Of a stretch of 64,000 nucleotides of DNA, positions 28,335 through 41,854 are shown piece by piece. This DNA comes from Eledone cirrhosa (Eukaryota): assembly GCA_964016885.1 (NCBI GenBank), contig OZ024745.1, positions 115,506,001 through 115,570,000 on the forward strand, in the 5' to 3' direction. Position numbers and translations under genes: made by a program. The notes under the pieces were generated by a model that saw nothing but the letters and a program-made list of their open reading frames with translations, had not been told where the DNA came from and did no database searches. The stretch's first letter is position 1. Each line of letters opens with the position of its first letter.

Positions 28335-29812
28335 CACCCGTTTCAATGTAAAGTTATGTTGGTACCACAACATCCAGTCCGAAACAAATGAGGTCGTGTA
28401 GGTGTCACGACAAAAAAACACACAGTCCAAAAAAACACACAGCTGTAATGTGGCCGTGTAGGTAACACGGTAAAAACCTCCCAGTCCACACTGTAAACGT
28501 GGTTGGTGTTAGGAAGGGCATCCAGCCGTAGAAAACCCGCCAGACAGTCCTATGTGAGCAAGACAACCACTCTTTCCTCAAGTGGGAAAACTCCCGTCCA
28601 AACCCATGCAAGCGTGGAAGATGGACGTTAAACGATGATGATGATGATGTATATATCATCATCATCATCATCATCATTGTTTAACGTCTATCTTCCACGC
28701 TAGCATGGGTTTAGATGGGAATTATCCCACTTGAAGCAAGATTGGTCATCTCACTCGTATAAGACTGTCTAGCAGGCTTTCTATAGCTGGAGTTGAGATA
28801 GTGGGATGGGGGTGTATATTTGACTAAGAGGTGGCTACTGACTCTAGGTTTCGCTTTGTACTTAGGCAAGGCGGGTCTTCTGTATTACTGCGTAGCGCCA
28901 AAGATCTCGGTCCAGTCATATTGTCTTGGAGAGTAGTAAGAGTGTAAGGTCGGAATTTATCAAATCATCCCAGGTTTTTCTGAGTCTGCCTACTCCGTAA
29001 CTACCATCAATTTTGATCGCCCTGCACTTTTTTATACAGCTGTCATCTTTCATGCGCATCACGTGACCATACCAACGAAGTCTTCTCTCAAGTAAACAGT
29101 ATCTGATCCCTCTTATTCCTAATTTCTCACTTAGTTCATTTATGCTTTGCTGTTCACCTATATTACGGATGCATGCTTCATTCCTTTCCAGTCTGCGCAG
29201 ATCCTCTGCACGCAATGCCCATGTCACACTGCCATGTAGCATTGCTGTTCATATACAGGCATCATACAGTCTGCTTTTCATTTTTAGAAAGAAACCTTTA
29301 GCGGCCAATAGTGGTATAAGCCCTCTGAACTTTTTCTATCCTGTTCTGACTCTGGCTACTGTACTTTCAGAGCACCCTCCACCACTGCTGATTTTGTCAC
29401 CCAGGTAACGGAAGGTGTCTACTATTTCTATAGAGCTGCCTGGGCAATACAAGGAGCTAGTATCCTGTGGGCACTTGCTACTTATTGCACCTGAGCACCG
29501 GCCACTTATAAAATTTACGTTCTTAGATAGCTTACCTGTGATCCCACTACATCTTTTATGCACCCATACTTGGCATTTGGGACATAAAATGGAATTTCTG
29601 CCTACTCCTTTCCTACACATTGAGCATGGCCATTTCCCAGAGGGGACCTGTGCCCTATTTTCCTTTCTACAAACTAGAACTTTAGTCTTAGACAAGTTAA
29701 CTTTAAGACCTTTTGATTCTAGGCCATGCTTCCATGTTTGGAATTTCTTCTCTAGTTCAGCCATAGATTCAGCTATGAGAGTTAGATCATCTGCGTATAG
29801 GAGTTCCCAAAT
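28335..29812 (-). mobile_element. RTE-type LINE 3' part (minus) abutting a plus-strand tail of the same family
   Basis: WELLYADDL, SGKWPCSMCRKGVGRNSILCPKCQVWVHKRC, FRYLGD and RRLRWYGHVMR motifs; (ATC)n/(GAT)n tails meet near 28650. Confidence 0.85.
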
Positions 29813-29876
29813 ATGATATGGAAAAGAAAATCAGGAGAAAGGAAAGTCAAAACAAAATATATAAATATCTCCTTAC

Positions 29877-29962
29877 TCAGCTTCAAATTGATTAGGGACC
29901 GTAATATCAGAAAGTGGTACAAGTACATCTCTGTAGATAGGTATTAGCTCTTCAGGAACATA
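29877..29962 (-). CDS. PDXK: Pyridoxal kinase exon 6 (YVPEELIPIYRDVLVPLSDITVPNQFEAE)
   Basis: 86 nt, AG/GT flanked, YVP..PNQFEAE motif. Confidence 0.95.
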
Positions 29963-30613
29963 CTAAATGATGGAAAAAAATTATATAGGTTTTTTTGTGA
30001 ACAGATAAATACATATACATTATTAATGTTATCTTACATTTAATAATCATGAACAATTACTTGACCCTAGCAGGGAAGACGTCTAGTGTCCTTGGCCCTA
30101 GGGCCACCTGCCTACTCACCGCCATTGGCACAAAGTTGGCTACCTGCATGTGTGAACCTTGCGAGCTGGAATGGCTCTTCCAACAAGTCTCCCTTACCAT
30201 CCTCTTGGGAAACGCCTTCTCTATTCTGTCCACCGAGGCTGCAGGGCGACCAGCACATGGGGCCCCATTTGCTCATAATAGTGAGAGATGGGGGAGAGCA
30301 GGTGAGATGGAGGCAGTGACAGTGCGAGTTTGGTTCCTTTGTGTTTGGACCTGGTGCATATGTTTCTCAGACAACCACTCGCACTGTTAAATAATTAAGA
30401 AGTGGTCACAATTAAGTTGATACCATACGTTTGTATAAAACAACCATGTTGACTTTTGCCATTGTTTTTATAAAGTATATATTTAAAAAGTGGTTCTCCA
30501 GCATGGCTTTAACCAAATTAACTAAAATTAACTAAACTAAATAATTGTAAAAGAAAAAAAGTTTACAAATAAATTTAATGAAATGATTGTAAAAGAAAAA
30601 TATAAGAATTTAC

Positions 30614-30648
30614 CATTTCCCCATTATCACCCATGACTGGATCACACA
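30614..30648 (-). CDS. PDXK: Pyridoxal kinase exon 5 (LCDPVMGDNGEM)
   Basis: 35 nt, AG/GT flanked, diagnostic CDPVMGD motif. Confidence 0.95.
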
Positions 30649-31555
30649 CTGAAAAAGATTAAGAAAGAAAACTGTATTAATGGATACACTAACTAAATAA
30701 ACTACTTTATGTATAGGTAAAATATATGACTGAAAGCCAAAACAACTATAGATGCGATATTGGGGAGGAGGGGACACAAGGATGAGATTTAGGGAATTGT
30801 ATCTGAATACATGGTCCCATAACTCCTGAGGGAGTCATAGGGGCAACATGTTGACACACAACATTTCTATGCCATTTTTATACCTGGTGGAGCCCAATCT
30901 TCTCCAGGTTTGAATACAGCAGATTTCTTCCAGAGAAGGATAGACAGAATGAGAGAATGTCAGTGAGAAAAAGATATAGAGAAAGAATCGACCCCAGTAC
31001 TAGACTGGTACTTTTTTTATCGACCTTGAATAGATGAAAAGCAAATTTCATCTTGGTATCTGAATAGAGAAAAGAAAAATTCAACCCTGAGATGATTTAA
31101 AGACAATATACAAAGTGATGCCAATTTGTTCAAGCAATGGGATGCAAAGGATGTGGCTCTTTATAAAAAATTCAAGACAACTTTGAAATTAGGAGTGTCA
31201 TTCAGAAAGCCAAACAGGCCGTATGTGGCTCGCGGGCTGCAGTTTGCCCATGACTGTCTTAGATTATGTATTCAAATCCTTCAAGAAACAGTCCTATATG
31301 AGCAAAACACTGTCACCCAACCCAACTTGCCTCTAATGGGACAAAACCATCTAACCCATGCTAGTGTGGAAAATAGATGTTAAATGATGATGATGAGCTT
31401 GGCTGGTAACACTTAGGGAGTGTTTGAGGACTCTGCTCCCACAACCCTCTCAGGAATAAGCAGACGAAGAAAGAAGAAGAAAGACAGTAAAAAAAGAAAG
31501 ACAGAAAAAAAAGAAAGAAAGGAGAAAAAGGCAAAGAAGAAATAGAAATTCTTAC

Positions 31556-31639
31556 AATATATTGTGTCAGGATATTCTGTTTTCATTTCTTTTATTGCTT
31601 CACCAACCTTTTCGAGGAAAGACTTTGAGCCCATGTAAC
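31556..31639 (-). CDS. PDXK: Pyridoxal kinase exon 4 (GYMGSKSFLEKVGEAIKEMKTEYPDTIY)
   Basis: 84 nt, AG/GT flanked, phase matches neighbours. Confidence 0.93.
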
Positions 31640-33424
31640 CTGCATATATCAAATATATCAAACAGAAATAACAAACTTTAAAGAAATATGAGATAACAAG
31701 ATAAAGATGGAAAACTAGACATCTTATCTTCCATGCCAATATTATAGGTGACACAGACACACATGTAAAGGTAAATGTTCAAATAGTTCTTGTGTATGTG
31801 CAATATAACTCATTACAGGTAATCACCATCATCGTTTTACATCTATTTTCTACATTAGCATGGGTTAGACGAGTTGTCCTGTTGTGAGGAAAGTCAAATA
31901 AGGTGACCGTGTTTTGCTCACACAGAACTGATTTGGGCTTGGTTTCTATGACTGGATGCCCTTTCTAATGCCAATCCTATTTCGTGACACCAAAATGACC
32001 ACTTTACAGTATGTACCGGGTGGTTTTTGTTGCCATACCTACACGACCACTTTACATTGTAGGATGGGCACTTTTTGTAGTGTCACTAACATTACCACTT
32101 TAAAGTGTGAGCTGTGTGCATTTTTGATTTAAGTTAGCTAACAAGATATTAATTATGAAATGATTAAACAAATAATTACTAAAAAAAAAAAAAACTGAAT
32201 AAAAGCCTTAATAGCTAAAGATTATAACAGTTATATGTGAGAAATATTATGTAAAAACAAAAAAAAACAAAAACAAAGAAATATAATTACAAGGCTACTT
32301 TCAGATCTCTAATAATCGTATCCCGTCCCTTATTAATTTTTGCAGATTTTTTCCGCTCCCCCTTATTAAATTTTGCTAATCTATCTCTGGCAACATTTTA
32401 TTTTAAATGCTAGTATTCTTGCGATAATTAATTTTCATTAAAAACATACTTGACAAAAAAAGTACATTACTAGAAATCCCAAGCGTTATAAAATAGAATG
32501 GGCTGGGGGTCTCAATATGTAAACTAAACGATTAATTCTGGTTTTAAAAAATCAAGGGAGACAACCTAGAAAAATTACCGATTTTCCACCTCCCCAGGGA
32601 CCTGAGAGTGTATTAAAAATACAACAAAAACAAACACGCCAAGATTCATCGAAATATGTTAAAATGTGATATGGCATAGATTCATCATTATATTATGAAC
32701 ACTGTTGTATTATCAAAGTCTAGGTCTTTAGATTTGTTTCTGCCATATTCCTGGCAGATAACCTGTTAATTTCCTCTCTAGGGCTTTCAATAGCACAAAT
32801 CTGTGGAGTTTTTATCAACAGTAAGAGACAGCAAGTAATACATAGGTCTTAACCCTCTTAACCAACTGATAACAGTGACAATGAAAAGGGCACTTTTAGC
32901 AGCAATAACTTTACTGTAACTGATACTTTAAAATAAACACTAAATACTTTCTTATAATTAATAGATATAGCAGTATTGACGTCAGTGTTGCTACTGAGTA
33001 AAACACCAAAAGATAAAGTAGCATAGAAAACTATAATTTTACACTAAAATTTCCCAATGATAAGAAAATTGCCATAAATTGGACTGTAGTAAAATGGATT
33101 AATGAAAATGCAAAACACATTAAGTTTTAGTAGAGGTACTATTAAAATAAGCTGTAGATTTGTTAATAAACAGATACTTATTTTTAACTGTTTTGATATT
33201 GCAAGAATAAATGGCTAAATAACACTAAATAGGAATAAATAATAACTTAAAAAATTGTAATTAATTTTAATATGTACATTCAAATACTTCAAATACATTG
33301 AATTTCCAAATGTAAACGTGGATATTAATTTAAATCCACTTAGAATAGAGTCTAACATTAAAACATGTTATATTCTAATAGCTACAAAAAGTTAGATATC
33401 ACTACTATATTTTCTTCTTTGGGG

Positions 33425-34230
33425 GAGTTTACATTCGCAAAGATTCAGCACGCTTTCTCCAATCGTCCCGGTCAAGCATGACATTTCTCAGTTCATTGAT
33501 GTTATCAATGTTACCATTTCTCAGCAGGGCATCAATGAATGAGACGGCCTGTCTTCTCATGCTTCCTCGTCCGACCGCCCGTTTCCAGAGCACAAGTTGT
33601 GATGCCATCTCTTCTGGATGATGGATGCAGTGCCCAGCCAGTTTCATTCGTCTGCAGGCAACTTTTTTTTAGACTGATGGTAGTGATGTGTATAGTTCCT
33701 TATTTGTCAGCTTCTGTTTCCAAGAAATGTTGAGAGCCATTGTCAACATCCTCGTGTAACATCCGTCATGTCTCTTGCATAGCACTTTGTCAATAGTCAT
33801 TTTACTGTTGTAAAGCAGGACGGACTCAACAGCTCATACTATAACATGAAGTTATTTCTTCTTCAATACATCCATTACCGGTGCCATGACGAAGTTCCTC
33901 CTCCAGCTCACCCAGTCTAGTATTCCTGTCTGGATTTCCCCTGCCTCCAACCCAGTGTCATTTTCAAGAATATCCTTCAGTGTTGTGGTTGGTCTCCCAA
34001 CTCATCTGCACACATCAGGTTTCCAGAAATGGACTCTGCCAGTAGGTTCAGTGTGAGGTTTGACATGTCTAGCTAATGCGAGCCTCCTACACCTTATGAT
34101 GTCAGAAAGGCAAAGGTGTGAGCTGTAGAGCAATTTCTTAGTTACGTGTGTTCTACAGGATGTTCTGGACCTTTCTCAGCATCTGGGTGTATGTGCAACT
34201 AACCTTCTTTGTGTGTGTTTTTGTCAGAAG
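33425..34230 (-). mobile_element. Degraded LINE 3' fragments
   Basis: KLAGHC..HPEE.ASQLVLW..M.DRDDW motif typical of non-LTR ORF2 C-termini. Confidence 0.6.
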
Positions 34231-35245
34231 TTATTTACTATTTCAACTGGAAGTTATATTTTTGTGTATTGGTAAATAATTCGATAGCTTTATAACCTGA
34301 ACATATATTGGTTTTTAGCATAGGTGGGGAAAGGTTACATGCTTTGGATGAGAGTGTACTCAATCATATTGATCCTAATAGTTAATTGTTACTTTAATTT
34401 ATCAGTCCCAGAAGGGTGTAAGGCAGTCATGGGCAACATGCGGCCTGCAAAGCTTTCTGAATGGCTTGTCTAAGCCACCTAAGTGAAATCTTTCTGATTT
34501 GTTTACCCCAACCGGGAAGCTCGAGTCCATAGGGTGCTGTTGATCTCTCCCATGTCCACCATGGGAAGTGCAGTTGTGTAAAGGAGATTCTCCACAATGG
34601 GAAGAGCCTGATGGTTTGGGTACATGATCACATGGGAGATGAGAAGAGCCGCTGTAGGTTCCATGAGAGCCAGGTCCTAGCAGTCGGGTGGGGGTACCTC
34701 GTACATCTAGTTGGGGGCCCACCCACAGAAGCCTCACTGTGGTGCCCAGCAGTAGCTTCCCTTAGAGTGTCAGAACTACTGTGGGTGTGGGTGGAATGTT
34801 TGTCCTGGTCGTCTTCACCCTGGTGCTTTACCGTTCCCATTCAGATTTCTATTATTATATACATATATATATTGTGGTAGAAATTTACAGACTTGGTACA
34901 AATATCCTGAGTAGTCGATGGGATGAGTTATGTATGCCACTGTTGTAACTGATTATATACATATAATTGACCTGATACCAGAGTGAGTGGACTATCTCAG
35001 ACCTTGGTGCCACTGTGGCATTTACGAAATTCAGGAAGACGTATTGTTGGAACTATCTTCAATCAATGACTAGGTATTATTTACTCCCTTTGCGATGATG
35101 CTGTGATGTTGGTTGTACTAATTCATATGTGACCAGGGCTTTGAAGGAACAACACTAATAACTCACCTGTGGCACCACAGAATAGAAGCTGCATGAGTAA
35201 TTTTTATTTGTTTAATTTTTGTTCATGTTATTTTTTCATGTAATA

Positions 35246-35304
35246 GCTGTTTGATGAGGTCGTAATTGTTATAAAGCAGTTACCATCGAAATACATATAA
35301 CAGC
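35246..35304 (+). ncRNA. Hammerhead ribozyme-like motif (C3>T)
   Basis: GCTGT-TTGATGA-GGT..ATC-GAAA-TACATA-TA-ACAGC, extended stem II, AATAAA downstream. Confidence 0.65.
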
Positions 35305-35556
35305 GATTGTGTAACAAATAAATGAGGTAAATTCTAACCTACTGACTTCTACTTCAATGATATAACAATACTCCAGAGTACACAGACCTACATTTACATT
35401 TCATCAAGTGCTCTATCCTGCATACACTAGTGTCGGTTGATAAACTAACATATAATATACCAAGGATATATATATATCTTGTTTTTGTGTGTTGTCAACA
35501 CACAAAAACAAGATGGTGTAGGACAGAACAAAGGAGAGACACAAAATAAAAACCTG

Positions 35557-35599
35557 GTCACTGAGGAGGTCACAGAATGTGTACCGAAAGAGCTTTGAC
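35557..35599 (+). ncRNA. Minimal type-I hammerhead ribozyme
   Basis: GTCA-CTGAGGA-GGT-CACAGAATGTGT-ACC-GAAA-GAGC-TT-TGAC. Confidence 0.7.
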
Positions 35600-35739
35600 A
35601 ATATATAAACAACCATCCAGTTATCGTACCAACCAACCAACTAACCAAGCAGAAATTTATAATAAATTGAAGTAAAAACCAACAGGTGCGTGTGTTTTTA
35701 TTGGCAGCATGACCCTCCCAAAGTATAACAATATATATA

Positions 35740-36627
35740 CGAGGAGGGTCAGAAAAGTTCCAGGACTAATGTCACAAAAGATTTATTTCAAACCCAAACT
35801 TCACACTAAGAGTTTTCTCCTTCAAAGTAATCCCCCTGGAGTATGTAACTGTAATCTTAGCTCTCTGCAGCGATCAAACTTTTTTCTTCATGATTTTATA
35901 TACATGTCCTCTGTTTTTCAGGTCGTCAAGCAATGAGCACAGAGCAACGAACAAACTTGAAAACTCCGTCAGAAGCACTGGGATCACTGCAGCAAATGAG
36001 ACGATGTCACACTCACGTGTTTTTGAGTGGTGCAAGAGGTTTAAAGAAGAACGCGAGGACGTGGAAGATGACCCCAGGAGTGGAAGGCCCTCAACAACCA
36101 GGACTGAGGTCAACGTTGAGCGCGTCAGGCAGATGGTGCGTAGCAATCGTCGGCTGACTGTTCGACTGATGGCAAATGAGCTGGGTATGAATCGGGACAG
36201 CGTCTGGAAGATTCTCACTGAAGATTTGGACATGCGGAAAGTCTGCGCGAAGATGGTGCCAAAACTGCTGAACAATGACCAGAAGGTTCAACGCATGCAA
36301 GTGTGCCAGGACATCCTCGACCATCTTGAAACCGAACCAGACTTGCTAGGGACAGTCATCACCGGTGATGAGTCATGGATCTTCGAGTACGACCCGGAGG
36401 GGACCCGTTTTGAAGACGTGAAAGACATCAAAAAGGCCATGACGACGGAACTGCAGAGGATCCTGGAAGAATCTTTCCAGGAGTGCATGCAAGCGTGGCA
36501 GAAAAGGATGGAAAAGTGAATTAGACTCCAGGGGAATTACTTTGAAGGAGAAAACTCTTAGTGTGAAGTTTGGGTTTGAAATATATCTTTTGTGACATCA
36601 GTCCTGGAACTTTTCTGACCCACCTCG
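35740..36627 (+). mobile_element. Internally deleted mariner element with ~100-bp inverted termini
   Basis: TA TSD both sides; ORF 35890..36519 has VFEWCKRFK, EDDPRSGRP, KMVPKLL and ITGDESW motifs; most of the catalytic domain is missing. Confidence 0.92.
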
Positions 36628-37334
36628 TATATATATATATTTTTGCAATACATAGTTATAGAAATGACTAAGTTCCTGTAAAAAATCAGACATAATCCTG
36701 ATTGATATTATTCATTACCAACGTGAAATTGGAAAGTATAATGAAAAGATTTATGAGTTTACACTTAGCCTCCTACAAACAGAAAAGTATTTGGAACATT
36801 AAAGCATTAACAAATGAAACTATATGATTTAGTTGATATGCTGAAAGTTTGCTTGCAATAAGAACAGGTGTCTAAGGGGATGTTCAGTACTTTACATGAT
36901 GTAGACCAAATATCTATCTAGTTCAGTATATCTGTGACCCTGATTCATAAATTAGCAACTGATTTAAAACAACAACAACAACAACCACAGCAACAACAAT
37001 GATATATAATGCAGGATAGAAAACCAAAGCAGAAAAAAAAACTACTGAAGTGAGTGTGGATCCATCCAAAGACTTGTTGAATATGCACAATCAGGCATTA
37101 CATTCTAACTGAAACAAGTCAGATTGCTTATCTTGCAAGTCAAGTTTTATTGCTAGACTTCTTTAATTGCTTATTTTATTTTTATGATGCCAACAACTGC
37201 GATGGACACTATTGAATTTATTTCATAGATTAGTCTTGCTAAATAGTGAATGACATTTGATCTAACCCATGAATCAGTACATAGATGAAACATGAAGTAC
37301 ATTGAATAATGAAAAGGAAGTTAGATTATCCTAT

Positions 37335-37950
37335 CATCATCATCATCATCATCGTTTAATGTCCATCTTCCACGCTTGCATGGGTTTGGACGGGAGTTTA
37401 CCCACTTGAGGCAAGTTTTGTTGTCCTGCTCGTATAGGACTGTCTGGCGGGTTTTCTATGGCTGGATGCCCTTCCTAACACCAACCACGTTTACAGTGTG
37501 TACTGGGAGGTTTTTACCGTGTTACCTACACGGCCACATTACAGCATGGACTGTGTGTTTTTTTGTCGTGACACCTACACGACCTCATTTGTTTCGGACT
37601 GGATGTTGTGGTACCAACATAACTTCGCATTTAAGGGGGTGGTGTTGGATGGGGTGGGGGTAGTGGGACGGGGGTGTATTTTGTTAGAGGTGCCTACTGA
37701 CTGTAGGTTTCGCTTTGTACTTAGGCAAGGTGGGTCTTCTGTATGACTGTGTAGCGCCAAAGATCTCGGTCCAGTGACATTGTCTTGGAGAGGTGTAAGT
37801 GTGTGAGGTCGGAATTTATCAAGTCGTCCCAGGTTTTTCTGGGTCTGCCTACTCCGTGGCTACCGTCTATTTTTATTGCCCTGCACTTTTTTATACAGCT
37901 GTCGTCTTTCATGCGCATCACGTGACCGTACCAACGTAGTCTTCTCTCGA
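37335..37950 (-). mobile_element. RTE-type LINE 3' end
   Basis: RRLRWYGHVMRMKDDSCIKKC..GRPRKTW; (ATC)n tail on + strand. Confidence 0.85.
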
Positions 37951-38429
37951 TTATCCTATATTACAGATAAATATATTCAAGACATACTAACATTCAAAAC
38001 TATAAAATATTGGTGAAGTGATGATGAAATTAGTAAAAACAATTTTGCAGTGTCAAGGATTTACACAAAAATAAGGTCATGGGCATGTCAATGACTGGCA
38101 CTAAAATAAGTATTAGATTCAAGAGTTAATTTATAGTGTTCTCATTCATTCATACAACAGAAAGTTTTACACTAACATTTAAAATTACAGGGAATGAGTC
38201 ACTGATAATTTTTTCTTTTTCTTTATTTTTTTATTGTAATGACTGTTTCTTGCTCTCTCTACTTGCCATTCCTACAGTTTACTTTTCTTCAATGTATTAT
38301 TTATTTCTACTTTTCATCTCCAATCATTAGTTTCCTCTCCCTTGTTTACTCCGCACCTAAAACTTCTGGCCCCCGCACTCCATCTTATTCCACACCATTC
38401 CTTCGTTTAAATTTTTTCCTATATACTTA

Positions 38430-39715
38430 CTCCTATATGCGGATGAACTCGCACTTATAGCTGAATCTATGGTCGAACTAGAGAAGAAATTCCAAACATG
38501 AAAGCAGGGACTAGAAAGAAAGTGTCTCAAAGTCAACCTGACAAAGACTAAGGTCCTTGTAAGTAGACGAGAAAACAGAACCCAGATCCCCTCAGGGAAA
38601 TGGCCTTGCTCAGTATGTAGGAAAGGTGTAGGTAGGAACTCCATCCTCTGCTCCAAATGCAAACAATGGGTACACAAGAGATGTAGTGGGATCTCAGGAA
38701 GCTTAACTAAGAATGTAGGCTTTATATGTAGCAGCTGCACCGGGACAGCAAGCAGCAATCGGCCACAGGAAACAAGCACCACCAAACTCTGGGAGGGCTC
38801 TGTAGAAACAGTAGACAGCTTCTGGTACCTAGGTGACCGAATTAGCAGCGGAGGTTGGAGTTCGGAAAGTACAATAACTAAGGTAAGATTGGGATGGAAG
38901 AAGTTCAGGGAGCTACTGCCACTGTTAGCTGCAAAAGGCTTTTCCCTCATAATGAAAGTAGACTGTATGATGCGTGTATACGAACAGCAATGTTACATGG
39001 TAGGGAGACCTGGGCGCTGTCTATAGAAGACTTGCGTAGATTAGAAAGAAACGAAGTCTGCATGCTCCGATGGATGTGTAATAGTAATATACGCGAACAG
39101 CAAAGCATAAACGAATTGAGAAAGAGACTGAGCATAAGAGGAATCAAATGCTGCGCGCAAGAGAGGAGGTTGCATTGGTATGGACATGTGATGCGTATGA
39201 AGGATGACAGCTGCATAAAAAGGTTCAGAGCACTAGAAGTCAATGGAAGCTGCGGAGTGGGGAGACCCAAGAAGACCGGGCATATGGTGATAAAACCGAC
39301 CTTACCCAATTGCACCTCTCAAGGGCGATGACACACGACCATGACCTCTGGCGTCACGCAGTAATACAGAAGGCCCAACTTCCCACGGGTACAAGCCGAA
39401 GCTGAAGCATATAGACAATATGCCCCCACCCCCTCCCACTGCAAAGTGGTCGTGGAGGCACCACGGCAAAAAAGCACCCAGCCCACACTGTAAAATGGAT
39501 GTGTAGGCACCACGGAAAAAAAAAAGCACCCAGCACTCACTGTAAATGAGGTTGGTGTTAGGAAGAGCATCCAGCTGTAGAAATCAAGCTAGAATCAGCT
39601 CCCGTATGAGCAAGACAAGGTCAGCCACTGGACACTGCTAACAACAGGACAACCCGACTAACCCATGCTAGCGTGGAAGAACGGACGTAAAACGGCGATG
39701 ATGATGATGATGATA
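38430..39715 (+). mobile_element. RTE-type LINE 3' part
   Basis: LLYADEL, SGKWPCSVC and RLHWYGHVMR motifs; (GAT)n tail. Confidence 0.85.
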
Positions 39716-41004
39716 CTTAAACGAGCTGAGAGAGAAACTGTGTATAAGAGGGATAAGCTGTAGTGTGCGGGAGAGAAGACTGCATTGGTATGGACATGTG
39801 ATGCGCATGGAGGGTGATGGCTGGGTAAAGAAGTACTAAGAAATCCCAGTAGAAGGAAAACTGGTGATGTACCATAATATGGGGAACTCACCTTTACACA
39901 CAGGGTGGAATGAAGCAGCACAAAAGGATGGCTAACCATCTACCTCCTATATGACAAGAAGCAGAGTGGTGGTACAACACTGAGGTCCACTTCACACATA
40001 CCGTTATACTCCTGAAATCACTGCCAACATGTCCTCCATCCCTTTCTCCACTCTAAACCTAAAGAATTACAGAGAGAGAACAACTCTCAGGTCTAGTATA
40101 CCCCTGACTCAGAAAGCTAGGATGAATATTGACTGGGTCACATTCCAAGCTGAACCCTTGCATCACTAACACTTTCCCAACCCAGGAGAACCAGGCACAT
40201 ATGAAAATGGCAGACACTACCAACCAACTCACTCTTGCTCCAAGCAGTATATAAACCGTCCCTATTAAGTCATCGAGGGAAGCTGGGACACTCCACAATG
40301 TCAGACAGCATCCACCTGCTTCAAAGCCACCACCATAAACCTCTTCTCCTCTAACAGTACAATGTCTGAATCCCAGCCCTAACTCCCACCAATGCCTCAC
40401 CAGTATTACCAAGGACACAGAGCACCCTACTGCTGGTCCTACAAAAGTACCCAGTCCACCCTGTAAGGTGATAGTGCTAGTGCCACAACAAAAGTACCTA
40501 GTCCACACTGTAACATGGTAGTGCTGGTCCTACAACAAAAGTACCCAGTCCACCCTGTAAAGTGGTAGTGCTGGTGCCACAACAAAAAGCATGCAGTCCA
40601 CCTTGTTAGGTGGTGGTGCTGAAACCACAATAAAATGCTCCCAGTACATGCTGTAAAGTGGTTGGTGTTAGGAAGGGCATCCAGCCAGAGAAATTGAGCC
40701 AAAAAGAAAAGCGTACGAGCAGGACCTAGTCCCATGACTGGTCTGGTCTCAGTATGAGACAATCATTTAATTCATGCAAGCATGGAAACTAGATGTTAAA
40801 CAGAAATGGTGATAATGATAAGAAAACATTACAAATATGCAATATAAATTCAGGTGAGCTATATAAAAGGTAAAAGGCAATATGAGCAAATACCAACATA
40901 AGCCTGTAAGTGAGGTGTCAGAACTGTTGGATGAATTGTACCTGTAATTCAAAGGTCAGGCTTTGTCACTAACTGTCTTATGCCGATTTTGCATTAGAAT
41001 TACA

Positions 41005-41518
41005 TTAACCCTTTAGCATTTAAACCGGCCATATCTGGCCAGAATTCTCTCACCTCTTTCTGTTCGAACCGGCTGTAACCAGCCGTTCATACTGATGTTA
41101 AGGTATTGTTCTCAGAATAAATAATATCAAAATCTCATAGATTCAATATTATGTGAAATAAAGCCTTTACTGTGAAAATACAATAGTAAATATAGAGTAA
41201 TGTGAATGCTAAAGGGTTAACCTGTTAGCATTTAAATCGGCCATATCCAGCCAGAATTTTCTCACCTCTTTCTGTTCAAACTGGCCATAACCAGCCCCTC
41301 ATACTTATGTTAAGGTATTTTTCTCAAAATAAATAATATCAAAATCTCATAGATTTGATATTATATGAGGTAAAACCTTTACTGCAAAAATACAATAGTA
41401 AGAATAATAGTACGTAAAAATACAACATTAAGTTGTTCAATTGACATTAAGTACTTTTAACCCTTTAGCATTTACATTACTCTATAGAGTAATGTAAATG
41501 CTAAAGGGTTAAAAGTAC
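41005..41518. mobile_element. Tandem piggyBac-like MITEs plus a 68-bp perfect palindrome
   Basis: TTAA-CCCTTT..AAAGGG-TTAA units; 41451-41518 is its own reverse complement. Confidence 0.8.
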
Positions 41519-41854
41519 ACATCTCAGTGGAATACTTAGTCACTTACATGTTAACTTAATGTCAATTGAACAACTTAATCTTTATTTCAAAACTGATAAA
41601 GGATTCATCATGAAATACCATTAAGGTTTTTTCTTTGAAACTTTGAAATCAAGTTCAAAAGTTTAGAATGTGTTTTATAAAACATTTTAAAAAGGTTATT
41701 GCATTTATATGACAGTCAAAACAAATATAAAATATGTCATGGATTATAATAACCAGGGTTTGATTTAGATCTTAGAAGGCCCAGGGCACTTCAGCTTGGA
41801 GAAGGGGGGGGGGGGGGGGCTTCATACACAAAAACGAGAATACACAGCAAGCCC

